Shown here: in pieces, positions 11,050-20,034 of the stretch | Layout: every line of letters starts with the position of its first letter | Position numbering within the stretch: the first letter of the stretch is position 1 | Source: Thermoanaerobaculia bacterium | Lineage (GTDB): Bacteria; Acidobacteriota; Thermoanaerobaculia; UBA5066; Gp7-AA6 | Length of the DNA stretch: 64,000 bases | Assembly: GCA_038203955.1 (NCBI GenBank) | Contig: JBBRDK010000003.1 | Span: forward strand, 3,739-67,738 | Direction: 5' to 3' | The notes under the pieces: model-generated | The model's database searches: none | Told to the model about the DNA's origin: nothing | What the model saw: the letters and a program-made list of their open reading frames with translations, nothing else | Made by a program: the position numbers and the translations under genes

Positions 11050-11631
11050 ATGCGTAGATGGAAAACGCTTCTGCTCGCCCTCGCGGGCGCCGCCGCCCTG
11101 TCCGCCGTGTCGCCTGCCCTCTCCATCGGAGCCCCCGCTCCCGGTTTTTCCCTGACCACCCTGGACGGCAAGCCGATGGTTCTCGCCGATGCCCTGAAGA
11201 CCCACAAGGCCGTCGTCGTCCTCTTCGTCGCCACGAAGTGTCCGTACTCTAACGCGTACAACGTCCGGATGAAGCAGATGGCGGAGGCCTACGACAAGCA
11301 GGGCGTTCTCTTCGTCGGGATCAACAGCAACAGCTCCGAGCCCGAAGCCGAGGCGCGCGAGCACGCGCGCAAACACGGCCACACCTTCCCGATCGTCAAG
11401 GACCCGGGCAACAAGATCGCCGACTTCTACGACGCCAAGCGCACTCCCGAGGCGTTCGTCGTGACGCCCGACGGGAACGTGCGGTACCACGGCCGCATCG
11501 ACGACAACTCCGAAGACGCGGCGAAGGTGACGTCTCCGGATCTCAAGAACGCGCTCGACGCCCTCCTGGCGGGGCGCCCGATCCAGAGCGCGGAAACCAA
11601 GGCCTTCGGTTGCACCATCAAGCGCGTCTGA
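11050..11631 (+). CDS. secreted thioredoxin-fold (AhpC/TSA-like) redoxin
   Basis: Signal peptide, IGAPAPGFSL, KCPYS, TPEAFV, YHGRIDD, C-terminal GCTIK. Confidence 0.88.
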   Translation: MRRWKTLLLALAGAAALSAVSPALSIGAPAPGFSLTTLDGKPMVLADALKTHKAVVVLFVATKCPYSNAYNVRMKQMAEAYDKQGVLFVGINSNSSEPEAEAREHARKHGHTFPIVKDPGNKIADFYDAKRTPEAFVVTPDGNVRYHGRIDDNSEDAAKVTSPDLKNALDALLAGRPIQSAETKAFGCTIKRV

Positions 11632-12149
11632 AGGGGCTTCGGCGGGCGGCGGCGATCGCGTTCGCTGCCGCCTTCCTCCTTCTCCCGTCCGGCGGCGGGG
11701 CCGCGGAACCATCCCCGCGCATCGCGGGCGAGCTCGACGCCGCGGGCTTCCGCGACCTGCTCGCTCGCCAGAAGGGCAGCGTCGTGCTCGTGAACTTCTG
11801 GGCGACCTGGTGCGTCCCGTGCCGGGAGGAATTTCCCGATCTCGTCCGCCTGCAGCGAGAGCTGGCGCCTCGCGGCTTCAAGGTCGTGGGCGTCTCGACG
11901 GATTTCGGGAGCCAGCGCGGCGCCCTCGACCAGTTCCTCGACGAGATGAAGCCCGGCTTTCCGAACTACTGGAAGAAGGGCGGAAACGAGCAGGCGTTCA
12001 TTGAGAGTGTCGACCGCGACTGGGGCGGGGAGCTTCCGTTTTCCGTGCTCTACGCCCGCGACGGCACTCGGGTGAAGTCCCTGTCGGGCAAGCGCCGCTA
12101 CGCCGATTACCGCCGGGAGGTCCTGGCGGCCTTGAGCGGGAGACGTTGA
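11610..12149 (+). CDS. TlpA-family thiol-disulfide oxidoreductase
   Basis: LVNFWATWCVPCREEFP motif, signal peptide. Confidence 0.9.
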   Translation: MHHQARLKGLRRAAAIAFAAAFLLLPSGGGAAEPSPRIAGELDAAGFRDLLARQKGSVVLVNFWATWCVPCREEFPDLVRLQRELAPRGFKVVGVSTDFGSQRGALDQFLDEMKPGFPNYWKKGGNEQAFIESVDRDWGGELPFSVLYARDGTRVKSLSGKRRYADYRREVLAALSGRR

Positions 12150-12192
12150 GCGTTGAGCGCGATACGAAGGTTTGCCGCCCCGGCCGAAGACC

Positions 12193-12675
12193 CTACCGCC
12201 TGACTCCACCGCCGCGCCGGGGGTCTCTCCGGGTTCCGTCCAGTCCCCAGACCCTTCCGGTATCGGCCGCGCACAGGAGAAGCAGCAGGAGCAGAGCGAA
12301 CTTCGTGGTCAGTCCGGCGGTGATCCACTTCTCCCAGGATGTGCCGGGGCCGGGGTACGACTGCCCGAGGAGAATCGAGACCATGAGGAGAGATCCGCAG
12401 GCGGTCGCCGCCCGGGTCCACAGGCCGAGGACGAGGGAGATCCCGAGCGCGAGCTCTCCCGCCGCCACGATCCAGGCGAAAACGCCGGCGTTCGGCAGGA
12501 CGACGTTCTGAAGGACGCCGCGCCAGAAAGGCCACGACTCCTTTATCATGCCGGAGGCCGACTTCGCGAACCCACCGTGCACGAACGCTCCGAGGATCTT
12601 GCCGAGTCCTTCGGCGATGAAAATTACTCCGGTAGCGATCCGCACGACGGCGGCGAGACGGGCCGACGAGCTCAT
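12193..12675 (-). CDS. DoxX-family membrane protein
   Basis: RIATGVIFIAEGLGK, GELALGISLVLGLWTR, four TM helices. Confidence 0.85.
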   Translation of the reverse strand: MSSSARLAAVVRIATGVIFIAEGLGKILGAFVHGGFAKSASGMIKESWPFWRGVLQNVVLPNAGVFAWIVAAGELALGISLVLGLWTRAATACGSLLMVSILLGQSYPGPGTSWEKWITAGLTTKFALLLLLLLCAADTGRVWGLDGTRRDPRRGGGVRR

Positions 12676-12904
12676 ACCCGGAGTTTAGCCGACGCGTTCC
12701 GCGAGACGGAACGGTTCGAGAGATGTCGTGTGTCGGCTTCTCGGCGCGGTCGTGGCCGGCCCTCTCCCTCGACCCCTCGCGGGGCTGTCCGACGCGAGCA
12801 CGTCCCGACAACGCGATGACCGCCCCGGATGACGCGCAGTCCTCTTCCAGTGACAGCGGGAACGCGGGTCCTCGTGGTTCTCTCGACATTGGAGATGGTT
12901 CATT

Positions 12905-12920
12905 TGGATCACAATTTGCT
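12905..12920 (+). promoter_or_regulatory. candidate sigma54 (-24/-12) promoter
   Basis: TGGATCACAATTTGCT, GG-N10-GC spacing, ~40 nt before ATG 12962. Confidence 0.5.
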
Positions 12921-12961
12921 ACAGTGGAGTACGACATCCGAACACTTTTGAAAGGGACCTC

Positions 12962-14383
12962 ATGAGAAATGCGCGTTCGCGGAGTGCGATTCTGGGCGCT
13001 TTCGCTCTTTGCGCCCTGCCTCTTCGAGCTGCCTCAGAGCCAGCGCGGGCGCCGATCGCGCGGCGGGCCGTTTCCGCGCCGGGGCGACTGACACCGCAGG
13101 CGGCGCAGGCGACCACCGCTTTTTCGACCGAGGTCCCCCTGGTCGCACACATCAACGCGACAGCCGCCGTCGACACCCTCGTCCTGTCGGCCGGGCATCC
13201 GTTCACGATCACGCTGACGGCCCGCGATCCCCGAACGGGAACGACCGGAACGGGTCTGGCCATCCCCGAGAACGACATCTTCGGCTTTTTCAGCATCCCG
13301 GCGATCACGGGCAACTCGAGCAACCCCGAGGTCTTCATCAAGATCATCGACGGACGCGCGTTGAACAACGCGTACTGGGTGTTCTACAACGGGCTCACCG
13401 ATCTCGAGTACACGCTCACGGTCCGCGAGAACGCGACCGGCCGCACGAAGGTGTACCTGAAGCCGGCGGGCAACACGGCCTGCGGCGCTCAGGACACCTC
13501 CGCCTTTCCCGTGACCGCCGCCTCGCTGGCGGCCGAAAAGCTGCCGCTCGACCTCGACGCCCTGAACGTGCCGTCGCGCACGAGCGTCCTTCGCACGTCC
13601 GTAGACTTCACGAATACGACGAACGTCGCGATCACCGTCGAATATCAATACTCCTACACGTGCGTCGCCGCGGCCTGCAGCCCCGTCGGTCTGTTCACTC
13701 GAACGTCCCTCCAGACGTTCGTTCTGAACGCCCTCGACTCGAGACATTTCGACGACTTCGTCGCGAGCCTCGCGGCCCCCCCTTCACTCCTGGCGGCGGG
13801 AGCGGAGCAGGGCTCTTACGGAACCCTGCTCGTGACGTTTCGCGGCGTGCCGAGCGCGCAGGGCTCCGAGGCCACGGTCCAGGCGCGAACCTACTCGCGG
13901 GTCGTGGAGTCGGATCCGCTGAAGGGGACGGTCGGTTTCACGACGCCGGCCTCGCTCTTCGGCGAAGCCGCGACGTCCGTTCTCGTCGGCACCGCGAGGG
14001 ACACGCGCGGAGCGCCGGGAGTCGAGGGGACGCTCTCCTCCAACGTCGGGATTCGAAACAGCGACGTCAACGGATCGCGCTTCCCGGGGACCGACCGGTC
14101 CGTGACCGTGGACCTGACGTTCTACAACACGGCCACCGGCCAGCGGGTGGGGGGATCGGTTCCCCTGGCAGGACTGCGGCCCGGGGAGGTCCGCGAAGTC
14201 ACCGACATCTGGACGGCGGGCGGCATTCCCTCTTCGGTCCACACGGTCGTCGTCTTCGCCGACATCCGAGGCGCGACGGCGCAGTCCGCGACCATCGAGG
14301 GGTACATCACCATCGACGACGTCAACTCGAAGGACTCCGCCTTTTACGAGTTGAAGTGCGCGGACACGGTCTGCGGGCAGTAG
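12962..14383 (+). CDS. secreted beta-rich hypothetical protein
   Basis: Signal peptide; Thr-rich; NPEVFIKIIDGR..N..YWVFY.GLTDLEYTLTV...TG..K.Y..P.G..CG..DT.AF module. Confidence 0.8.
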   Translation: MRNARSRSAILGAFALCALPLRAASEPARAPIARRAVSAPGRLTPQAAQATTAFSTEVPLVAHINATAAVDTLVLSAGHPFTITLTARDPRTGTTGTGLAIPENDIFGFFSIPAITGNSSNPEVFIKIIDGRALNNAYWVFYNGLTDLEYTLTVRENATGRTKVYLKPAGNTACGAQDTSAFPVTAASLAAEKLPLDLDALNVPSRTSVLRTSVDFTNTTNVAITVEYQYSYTCVAAACSPVGLFTRTSLQTFVLNALDSRHFDDFVASLAAPPSLLAAGAEQGSYGTLLVTFRGVPSAQGSEATVQARTYSRVVESDPLKGTVGFTTPASLFGEAATSVLVGTARDTRGAPGVEGTLSSNVGIRNSDVNGSRFPGTDRSVTVDLTFYNTATGQRVGGSVPLAGLRPGEVREVTDIWTAGGIPSSVHTVVVFADIRGATAQSATIEGYITIDDVNSKDSAFYELKCADTVCGQ

Positions 14384-14391
14384 AGACGGGT

Positions 14392-14507
14392 CGGGAATTG
14401 GGAATCGGGAATCGGGAATCGGGAATCGAAGAAAATACCGAATGGCGGCGACCTGAGCGTCGTGGCCGAAAGAGAACTGACAGCTGAGAGCTGACGACTG
14501 TCAGCTG
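14392..14507. repeat. compound heptamer arrays (CGGGAAT)5 ... (RCTGANN)4
   Basis: Seen directly between convergent genes. Confidence 0.9.
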
Positions 14508-15784
14508 CTCGTCGGCCTTCCCGCCCGCGCCCCGATGTCCCGGCGCAGGTGCTTTCCTTCGAACTCGATGACCTCCGCGGCCTCGTAGGCGCGCGCCGCC
14601 GCCTCGCCGATCGTCGGGGCGCACGCCGTGACGACCAGGACCCGCCCGCCCGCCGTGACGAGGTGGTCTCCCTCGATCGCCGTGCCCGCGTGGAAGATCT
14701 CGATCCCCGCCATCTTCGCGGCCTCGTTGACGCCCCGGATGGGCTTTCCGTGCTCGTAATTGCCCGGGTACCCGGCGGCGCAGAGAACGACCGCGGCGCA
14801 CGCCTCTGGCTTGATCTCGAGGGCAGGAAACCGGTCGAGCTCCCCGCGGGCCGCGGCCATCAGCAGGCCGGCCAGGTCCGACTGGAGCCGCGGGATGATG
14901 ACTTCCGTCTCGGGATCCCCGAAGCGGGCGTTGAACTCGAGGATCTTCGGTCCATCGTCCGTCAACATGAGGCCGGCGTAGAGGACGCCGGTAAACGTGC
15001 GGCCCTCCGCTTCGAGGCCTTTCAACGCCGGCCAGAGGATTTCCTTCATGACCCGCGACGAGGTCGCCGCATCCAGGATCCCCGCCGGCGAGTGACCGCC
15101 CATCCCGCCCGTGTTGGGTCCGCGGTCGCCGTCGTAGACCTTCTTGTAGTCGCGGGCGGTCGGCAGAGGGACGGCGTTCTGCCCGTCGCAGACCGCGAGG
15201 AAGGAGGCCTCATTTCCGGAGAGGAACTCCTCGACGAGGATCCGGTCGCCGCCAGCGCCGAAGACCCGCTCCTGGAAGAAGAGCGAGAGCGCCCGTTCCG
15301 CGTCTTCCCCGGACTCGACGGTCAGCACCCCCTTGCCGTTCGCCAGGCCGTCCGCCTTGAGAACGCAGGGGTATCCCATCTGACGGATTGCGGCATCGGC
15401 CTCGGATTTCGAGGCGCACGCGACGCCCCGGGCCGTGGCGATGCCATGCCGCCGGAAGAACTCCTTCGCGAAGACCTTGGACGTCTCGATCTGGGCGGCC
15501 AGGCGGGACGGCCCGAAGAGGGTCATCCCGCGTTTTGAAAACTCGTCCGCGATGCCGAGCGACAGGGGGAGCTCGGGCCCGACCACGGTCAGGTCGAACT
15601 GCAGCTTCTCCGCGAGGTCGGCGATCTCGACGATGTTTCCCGAAGAGACGGGAAGGCAGTCGGCCGTCTCGGCGATCCCGGGATTGCCCGGAGCGCAGAA
15701 GAGCTCCTCGACGAAAGCGCTCCGGCGCAGACCCCAGCAGAGGGCGTGCTCGCGGCCGCCGCTCCCCACGACGAGAACTTTCAT
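14501..15784 (-). CDS. purD: phosphoribosylamine-glycine ligase
   Basis: MKVLVVGSGGREHAL, APGNPG, KADGLA.GKGV, GPNTGGMG, EFNARFGDPE, GGRVL. Confidence 0.98.
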   Translation of the reverse strand: MKVLVVGSGGREHALCWGLRRSAFVEELFCAPGNPGIAETADCLPVSSGNIVEIADLAEKLQFDLTVVGPELPLSLGIADEFSKRGMTLFGPSRLAAQIETSKVFAKEFFRRHGIATARGVACASKSEADAAIRQMGYPCVLKADGLANGKGVLTVESGEDAERALSLFFQERVFGAGGDRILVEEFLSGNEASFLAVCDGQNAVPLPTARDYKKVYDGDRGPNTGGMGGHSPAGILDAATSSRVMKEILWPALKGLEAEGRTFTGVLYAGLMLTDDGPKILEFNARFGDPETEVIIPRLQSDLAGLLMAAARGELDRFPALEIKPEACAAVVLCAAGYPGNYEHGKPIRGVNEAAKMAGIEIFHAGTAIEGDHLVTAGGRVLVVTACAPTIGEAAARAYEAAEVIEFEGKHLRRDIGARAGRPTSS

Positions 15785-15823
15785 GTGCGCGCATTGTACC
15801 GGGGGGTCCGGAAGCGCGGTGCG

Positions 15824-16357
15824 TCACTTTCGCCGTGTCGATTTTTTTCTTCCCGTGCTCGAACGCGGCCGTTTCGGGCGGCCGGAGACGCGCGACTCGG
15901 CTCGCACCCGGCTGGTCGAGGACGAGACCTCGAACCGGTGAAATCGGCCCGTGAAACCGACGGCGGTCTCGAGGGAGTCATGAGGCCCGAGGGTTCCCCC
16001 GAAACGGCCCTGGACCCGCGCGGCCACGCGTCCGTCGCGGAGCGCGCGGGCCTCGAAGCGGATCGCACGGCCGTCCCACGTGCCCTGGCCCGCATTGGTG
16101 ACGCGAACGAGGCAGAGAGTCGCGGTGTCGCTCGAGACGCCGCGGTCCTCGTCGATCCTCAAGGTGAGAGAGGTCCAGTCGGGCGGCTCGAGGGCGGCGG
16201 CGCCGTTCGAGCCAGGCGTGTTGCGATCGACGGAAGATCGGCGCGAAAAGAGGAGCGCTCCGTGCGCTGCGGGAGCCTCGCCGGCGCGCAGAAGGGCATC
16301 CGGAAGACAGGTACCGAGACCGGCGATCAGACAGAAAAGGCGGAGATAGAGTCCCAT
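15824..16357 (-). CDS. hypothetical secreted protein
   Basis: GGAGGG RBS before ATG 16357, signal-like N-terminus, beta-strand pattern (VRVTNAGQGTW). Confidence 0.5.
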   Translation of the reverse strand: MGLYLRLFCLIAGLGTCLPDALLRAGEAPAAHGALLFSRRSSVDRNTPGSNGAAALEPPDWTSLTLRIDEDRGVSSDTATLCLVRVTNAGQGTWDGRAIRFEARALRDGRVAARVQGRFGGTLGPHDSLETAVGFTGRFHRFEVSSSTSRVRAESRVSGRPKRPRSSTGRKKSTRRK

Positions 16358-16442
16358 TTTCCCTCCTGGACGGTGGAGGGGCCGGGAGAAGTGAGACCCG
16401 GAAGGACGCCGGCAGTGTAGCATTCCGGGTCCGGGAGAGACG

Positions 16443-18311
16443 ATGGCGAAAGACTTCAGAAAAGCGCTCGGAGAGGAGATCCTGCTGGCCGACGGCGCCA
16501 TGGGGACCCTTCTCGTCTCGAGGGGCGCTTCCCCGGAACAGGCCAAGTCGCCGTTGAACGTGACGGATCCCGAGTCGGTCCGCGAGGTGCACGACGATTA
16601 TCGGGATGCGGGCGCGCGCATTCTGACGACCAACACGTGGGACGCGAACCGGGTCAAGCTCACCGCACACGAGTGGGCCGACTCGCTCGAAAAGATCAAC
16701 CGCGAAGGTGCGCGCCTCGCCCGCGAGTCGGCAGCCGGCGAAATGGTCTTCGTCGCCGGATCGATGGGTCCGCTCGGCGCACTCGTGAAGCCGTATGGCC
16801 GGCTGACCCTCGTCCAGGTCCGGGAGATCTTCGAAGAACAGGCCCGCGCCCTGCTTGAAGGCGGGATCGATCTGATCCTGCTCGAGACCTTCGGGAGCCT
16901 GCTCGAGGCGGCCGAGGCTGTGCGCGCCGTGAGGGGTCTCTCGGCAGACGTCCCGATCGTGGCGCAGATGACGTTTCTTTCCGACGGCCGGACGGCCTTC
17001 GGCGAGAGCGCCTCGCATGCTCTGTCCACGCTCGCGATGGCGGGCGCGGACGCGGTCGGGATGAACTGCACGCTCGGCCCGCAGGAGACTCACGACGTGT
17101 TCGCGCGCCTGTCGCCCTCCGTTACGGTGCCGCTCTGCGCAATGCCGAACGCGGGTTATCCGACCGTCGTGCACGGCCGCAACGTCTATCTCTCCTCCCC
17201 CGATTACCTGCGCGACTACGCGACGGCGTTCGTCGAAGCGGGCGCGTCGATCATCGGAGGGTGCTGCGGAACGACTCCCGAACACATCCGCGCGATGGCG
17301 AAGGCCGTCAAGGGGCGCCCTCGCGCGACCACCGGCCGCGTGGTCGCCGTCGCCGTGGAGAGACCGGTCGAGAGGCTGGCCGAGCCCGGGATCGAGACCT
17401 CCCGGCTCAAGAGAAAGCTCGCAGACGCCGACGAGTTCGTGGTCACCGCGGAAGCGGAGCCACCGAAAGGCGTAGACGTTTCCGCCGCCGTCGAAGGCGC
17501 GCGAGTCCTGAAGGCCGGCGGGGTGGACGCCGTCAACGTGACGGACAACCCCATGGCGCGCCTCCGGATGTCATCGATCTCGGTGGCGGCAATCCTCCAG
17601 CGCGAGACGGGCCTGGAAGCCGTCGTCCAGATCACGACCCGCGACCGCAACGTGCTGGGGCTCCAGTCCGATCTGCTCGGGGCCGCGGGCTTGGGCCTGA
17701 AAGCCATCCTGTGCCTGGGCGGAGACCCGCTCAAGATCGGGGACTACCCGCAGGCGAAACAGGTGTCCGAGGTGGACGTCCTGGGCCTGCTTCGCATGGC
17801 TCGCGGACTGAACGGAGGAGCCGATCTCGTGGGCAACGCGATCGGGGCGCCCACCTCGTTCGCCATCGCTTGCGCAGCCAATCCGGCGGCCTCCGATCTC
17901 GAGATTGAGTTCTCGAAGCTGCGCGCGAAGATCGAAGCCGGAGCCACGTTCGCCCAGACTCAGCCCGTCTACGACGTCGCGGCGCTCGAACGCTTCCTCG
18001 CCCGGCCGGAAGCCCGGGCGATTCCCGTTCTCGTGGGCCTGATTCCCCTGCGCTCGTTGAAGCAGACCCTCTTCTTCGCCAACGAGGTGCCGGGCATCGT
18101 GGTCCCGGACGCGATTCAGGACCGCATGCGGGCCGCGTCGGAGAAGGGCCCCGATCACGAGAAGGCCGAAGGTCTCGCGATCGCCCGCGAGCTCGCCCAG
18201 GCGATCGCCGGGGTCGCCCGGGGCATCCACATCATGCCGATGGGCAAGTACGCCGTCGTCGGGGAGATCCTCCAGGCCGTTTCGATGCCCTCCAAGACGG
18301 CGCGGCGCTAG
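16443..18311 (+). CDS. yitJ: bifunctional homocysteine S-methyltransferase / methylenetetrahydrofolate reductase
   Basis: LADGAMGT, GMNC, IIGGCCGTTPEHI HMT domain fused to an MTHFR domain (NVTDNPMARLRMS, RDRN, QTQPVYD). Confidence 0.92.
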   Translation: MAKDFRKALGEEILLADGAMGTLLVSRGASPEQAKSPLNVTDPESVREVHDDYRDAGARILTTNTWDANRVKLTAHEWADSLEKINREGARLARESAAGEMVFVAGSMGPLGALVKPYGRLTLVQVREIFEEQARALLEGGIDLILLETFGSLLEAAEAVRAVRGLSADVPIVAQMTFLSDGRTAFGESASHALSTLAMAGADAVGMNCTLGPQETHDVFARLSPSVTVPLCAMPNAGYPTVVHGRNVYLSSPDYLRDYATAFVEAGASIIGGCCGTTPEHIRAMAKAVKGRPRATTGRVVAVAVERPVERLAEPGIETSRLKRKLADADEFVVTAEAEPPKGVDVSAAVEGARVLKAGGVDAVNVTDNPMARLRMSSISVAAILQRETGLEAVVQITTRDRNVLGLQSDLLGAAGLGLKAILCLGGDPLKIGDYPQAKQVSEVDVLGLLRMARGLNGGADLVGNAIGAPTSFAIACAANPAASDLEIEFSKLRAKIEAGATFAQTQPVYDVAALERFLARPEARAIPVLVGLIPLRSLKQTLFFANEVPGIVVPDAIQDRMRAASEKGPDHEKAEGLAIARELAQAIAGVARGIHIMPMGKYAVVGEILQAVSMPSKTARR

Positions 18312-18340
18312 GAGACTCCTGGAATTCCCGGAAATTCGGA

Positions 18341-18356
18341 AGGTTCGGTGATTGCT
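18341..18356 (+). promoter_or_regulatory. candidate sigma54 promoter
   Basis: AGGTTCGGTGATTGCT with GG-N10-GC spacing, followed by a GGAGG RBS and ATG 18381. Confidence 0.4.
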
Positions 18357-18380
18357 TCCCTTACTGAGTTGGAGGTGCGT

Positions 18381-19334
18381 ATGAAGGGTCTTTCGCGGTT
18401 TTCCACCGCTCTCGCTCTGCTGCTCGCGGCCGCGGCCGCGCAGGCCGGGACTCAGGGGCGCGTCTCGGGCCGGGTGACCGACTCGGCCGGCAACCCCGTC
18501 GAAGGCGTCACCATCACGATCACGACACCCGCCATCAAGAACTTCAAGATGACAGCCAAGACGTCCTCGGATGGCCGCTACGGATCGATCGTGAACGACG
18601 CCACGATGATGTACCACGTCCGGTTCGAGAAAGAGGGCTTCGTTCCCGCCGATACCGACAAGAAGTTCTCGACCGTCGACATCACGACTCTCGATCAGAA
18701 GCTGCTCAAGACGTCCGAGGCCCCGGCCGGGAAGGGGGCGGCCGCTCCCGCGGCGCAGGCTCCGTCTTCGAACGATCAGGCCACTCTTTCCTACAACGCG
18801 GCGGTGGACCTTCTGAACTCCGGCGACAAGGCGGGAGCGGAAGCCAAGTTCAGGGAAGCGGTGGGGAAGAACGCGGACCTGCCGCAGGGCTGGCAGGCGT
18901 TGACCACTCTCGCCTACGAGAAGAAGGACTGGGCCCACGTCATTGAGTACGGTCAGAAGGCGACGGATCTGGATCCGACGATGACGTCGCTCTATGGGCT
19001 CATCGCGGACGCCGCGAACAAGTCGGGAGACAAGAAGACGGCCGCGGACATGCGGAAGAAATTCGAAGAGGCGAATCCGGACACGCCCGAGATGCTCTAC
19101 AACAAGGGGATCGACGCGTACAACAAGAAGAAGTCCAAGGACGCCGAGGACCTGCTGTCGAAGGCGGTCGAGGCCAAGCCCGATTTCGCGCTGGCGCACT
19201 ACTACCTGGCGCTGTCCGCGATGAACAACAAGCACAACTCGGTGGCGCGGGAGCATTTCCAGAAATACCTGGAGCTCGAGCCGAACGGCGCCGAGGCGGG
19301 AACCGCGAAGGAATTACTGCCGCTGGTGAAATAA
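18381..19334 (+). CDS. secreted protein with carboxypeptidase-regulatory-like domain and TPR repeats
   Basis: Signal peptide; GRVTDSAGNPVEGVTITI; TPR helices (KPDFALAHYYLA, FQKYLELEPNG). Confidence 0.85.
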   Translation: MKGLSRFSTALALLLAAAAAQAGTQGRVSGRVTDSAGNPVEGVTITITTPAIKNFKMTAKTSSDGRYGSIVNDATMMYHVRFEKEGFVPADTDKKFSTVDITTLDQKLLKTSEAPAGKGAAAPAAQAPSSNDQATLSYNAAVDLLNSGDKAGAEAKFREAVGKNADLPQGWQALTTLAYEKKDWAHVIEYGQKATDLDPTMTSLYGLIADAANKSGDKKTAADMRKKFEEANPDTPEMLYNKGIDAYNKKKSKDAEDLLSKAVEAKPDFALAHYYLALSAMNNKHNSVAREHFQKYLELEPNGAEAGTAKELLPLVK

Positions 19335-19477
19335 CCCGGGTTCCGCGCGGGGACCTTTACCGCGCAGTCAAGACAGAACTGCTTTTGAGCATATTTGGGC
19401 GCGCGTGGGACGCGCGCGCCCAGATACGACACGGCGACCTTTCCGCGAGTACGCGGGGCGCCGCCAGGGATCCTGGT

Positions 19478-19645
19478 TCAGGCCCGGGTCGTGGAAATCA
19501 CCCGGCACAGGCGGGGGCCGGGCAGGTCGTCGTCGTCGATCGCGAGGACGACGACCACGGCGATCGCGAAGAGCAGAAGGACGGCCGAGACCTCACCCGG
19601 AAGGGTGGAAAAAAGGGCCGACCAGGCCGCGGCGAGCGCGCTCAA
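19478..19645 (-). CDS. putative 55-aa single-TM microprotein
   Basis: MSALAAAWSALFSTLPGEVSAVLLLFAIAVVVVLAIDDDDLPGPRLCRVISTTRA*; TTG start overlaps the upstream stop (TTGA). Confidence 0.45.
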   Translation of the reverse strand: MSALAAAWSALFSTLPGEVSAVLLLFAIAVVVVLAIDDDDLPGPRLCRVISTTRA

Positions 19646-19800
19646 AACCGCTCTTGCAGCGCGTCGAAAGGCGCGCGAAGAGGGAGCGTCGAATCCGCGT
19701 CGAGGTCGAGATCAGCGAACGGTCGCGGCTGCGTGATGTCCTGCAGCCGGTTGAGAAACGCGTCGAGAAACTCCTGGCGGCCTTCGATGACCTCGGTCAA
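19642..19800 (-). CDS. putative small acidic protein (52 aa; alternative GTG start 19869)
   Basis: GGAGG RBS before TTG 19800; TEVIEGRQEFLDAFLNRLQDI amphipathic helix; sigma54 motif upstream. Confidence 0.5.
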   Translation of the reverse strand: MTEVIEGRQEFLDAFLNRLQDITQPRPFADLDLDADSTLPLRAPFDALQERF

Positions 19801-19884
19801 CGTGATCCGCCCTCCGAGTAATTCCTGGAGCGGATCCGACGATTCCGCAAACGTCAATTGGATTCTCACGCTGCCTCTCGTAAA

Positions 19885-19900
19885 AGCAAGCCGGGGGCCA
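19885..19900 (-). promoter_or_regulatory. candidate sigma54 promoter
   Basis: Minus strand TGGCCCCCGGCTTGCT, exact -24/-12 spacing. Confidence 0.55.
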
Positions 19901-20034
19901 CACGCCATTGACGCGAAAAGCCCCATTTTCAAAGGGCTTTCTCGTTGTTGGCCTCTCCCTCACTGACACGAGGTGTACGAGGAATTACACCCTGGCCGAC
20001 AATTTGTGGCAACCCGTCGTGCGAGAATCGCCGC

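Noticed and set aside
12685-12937. ORFs between the DoxX gene and the secreted protein
   Set aside because: No motif, clear RBS or protein-like composition; treated as promoter region.
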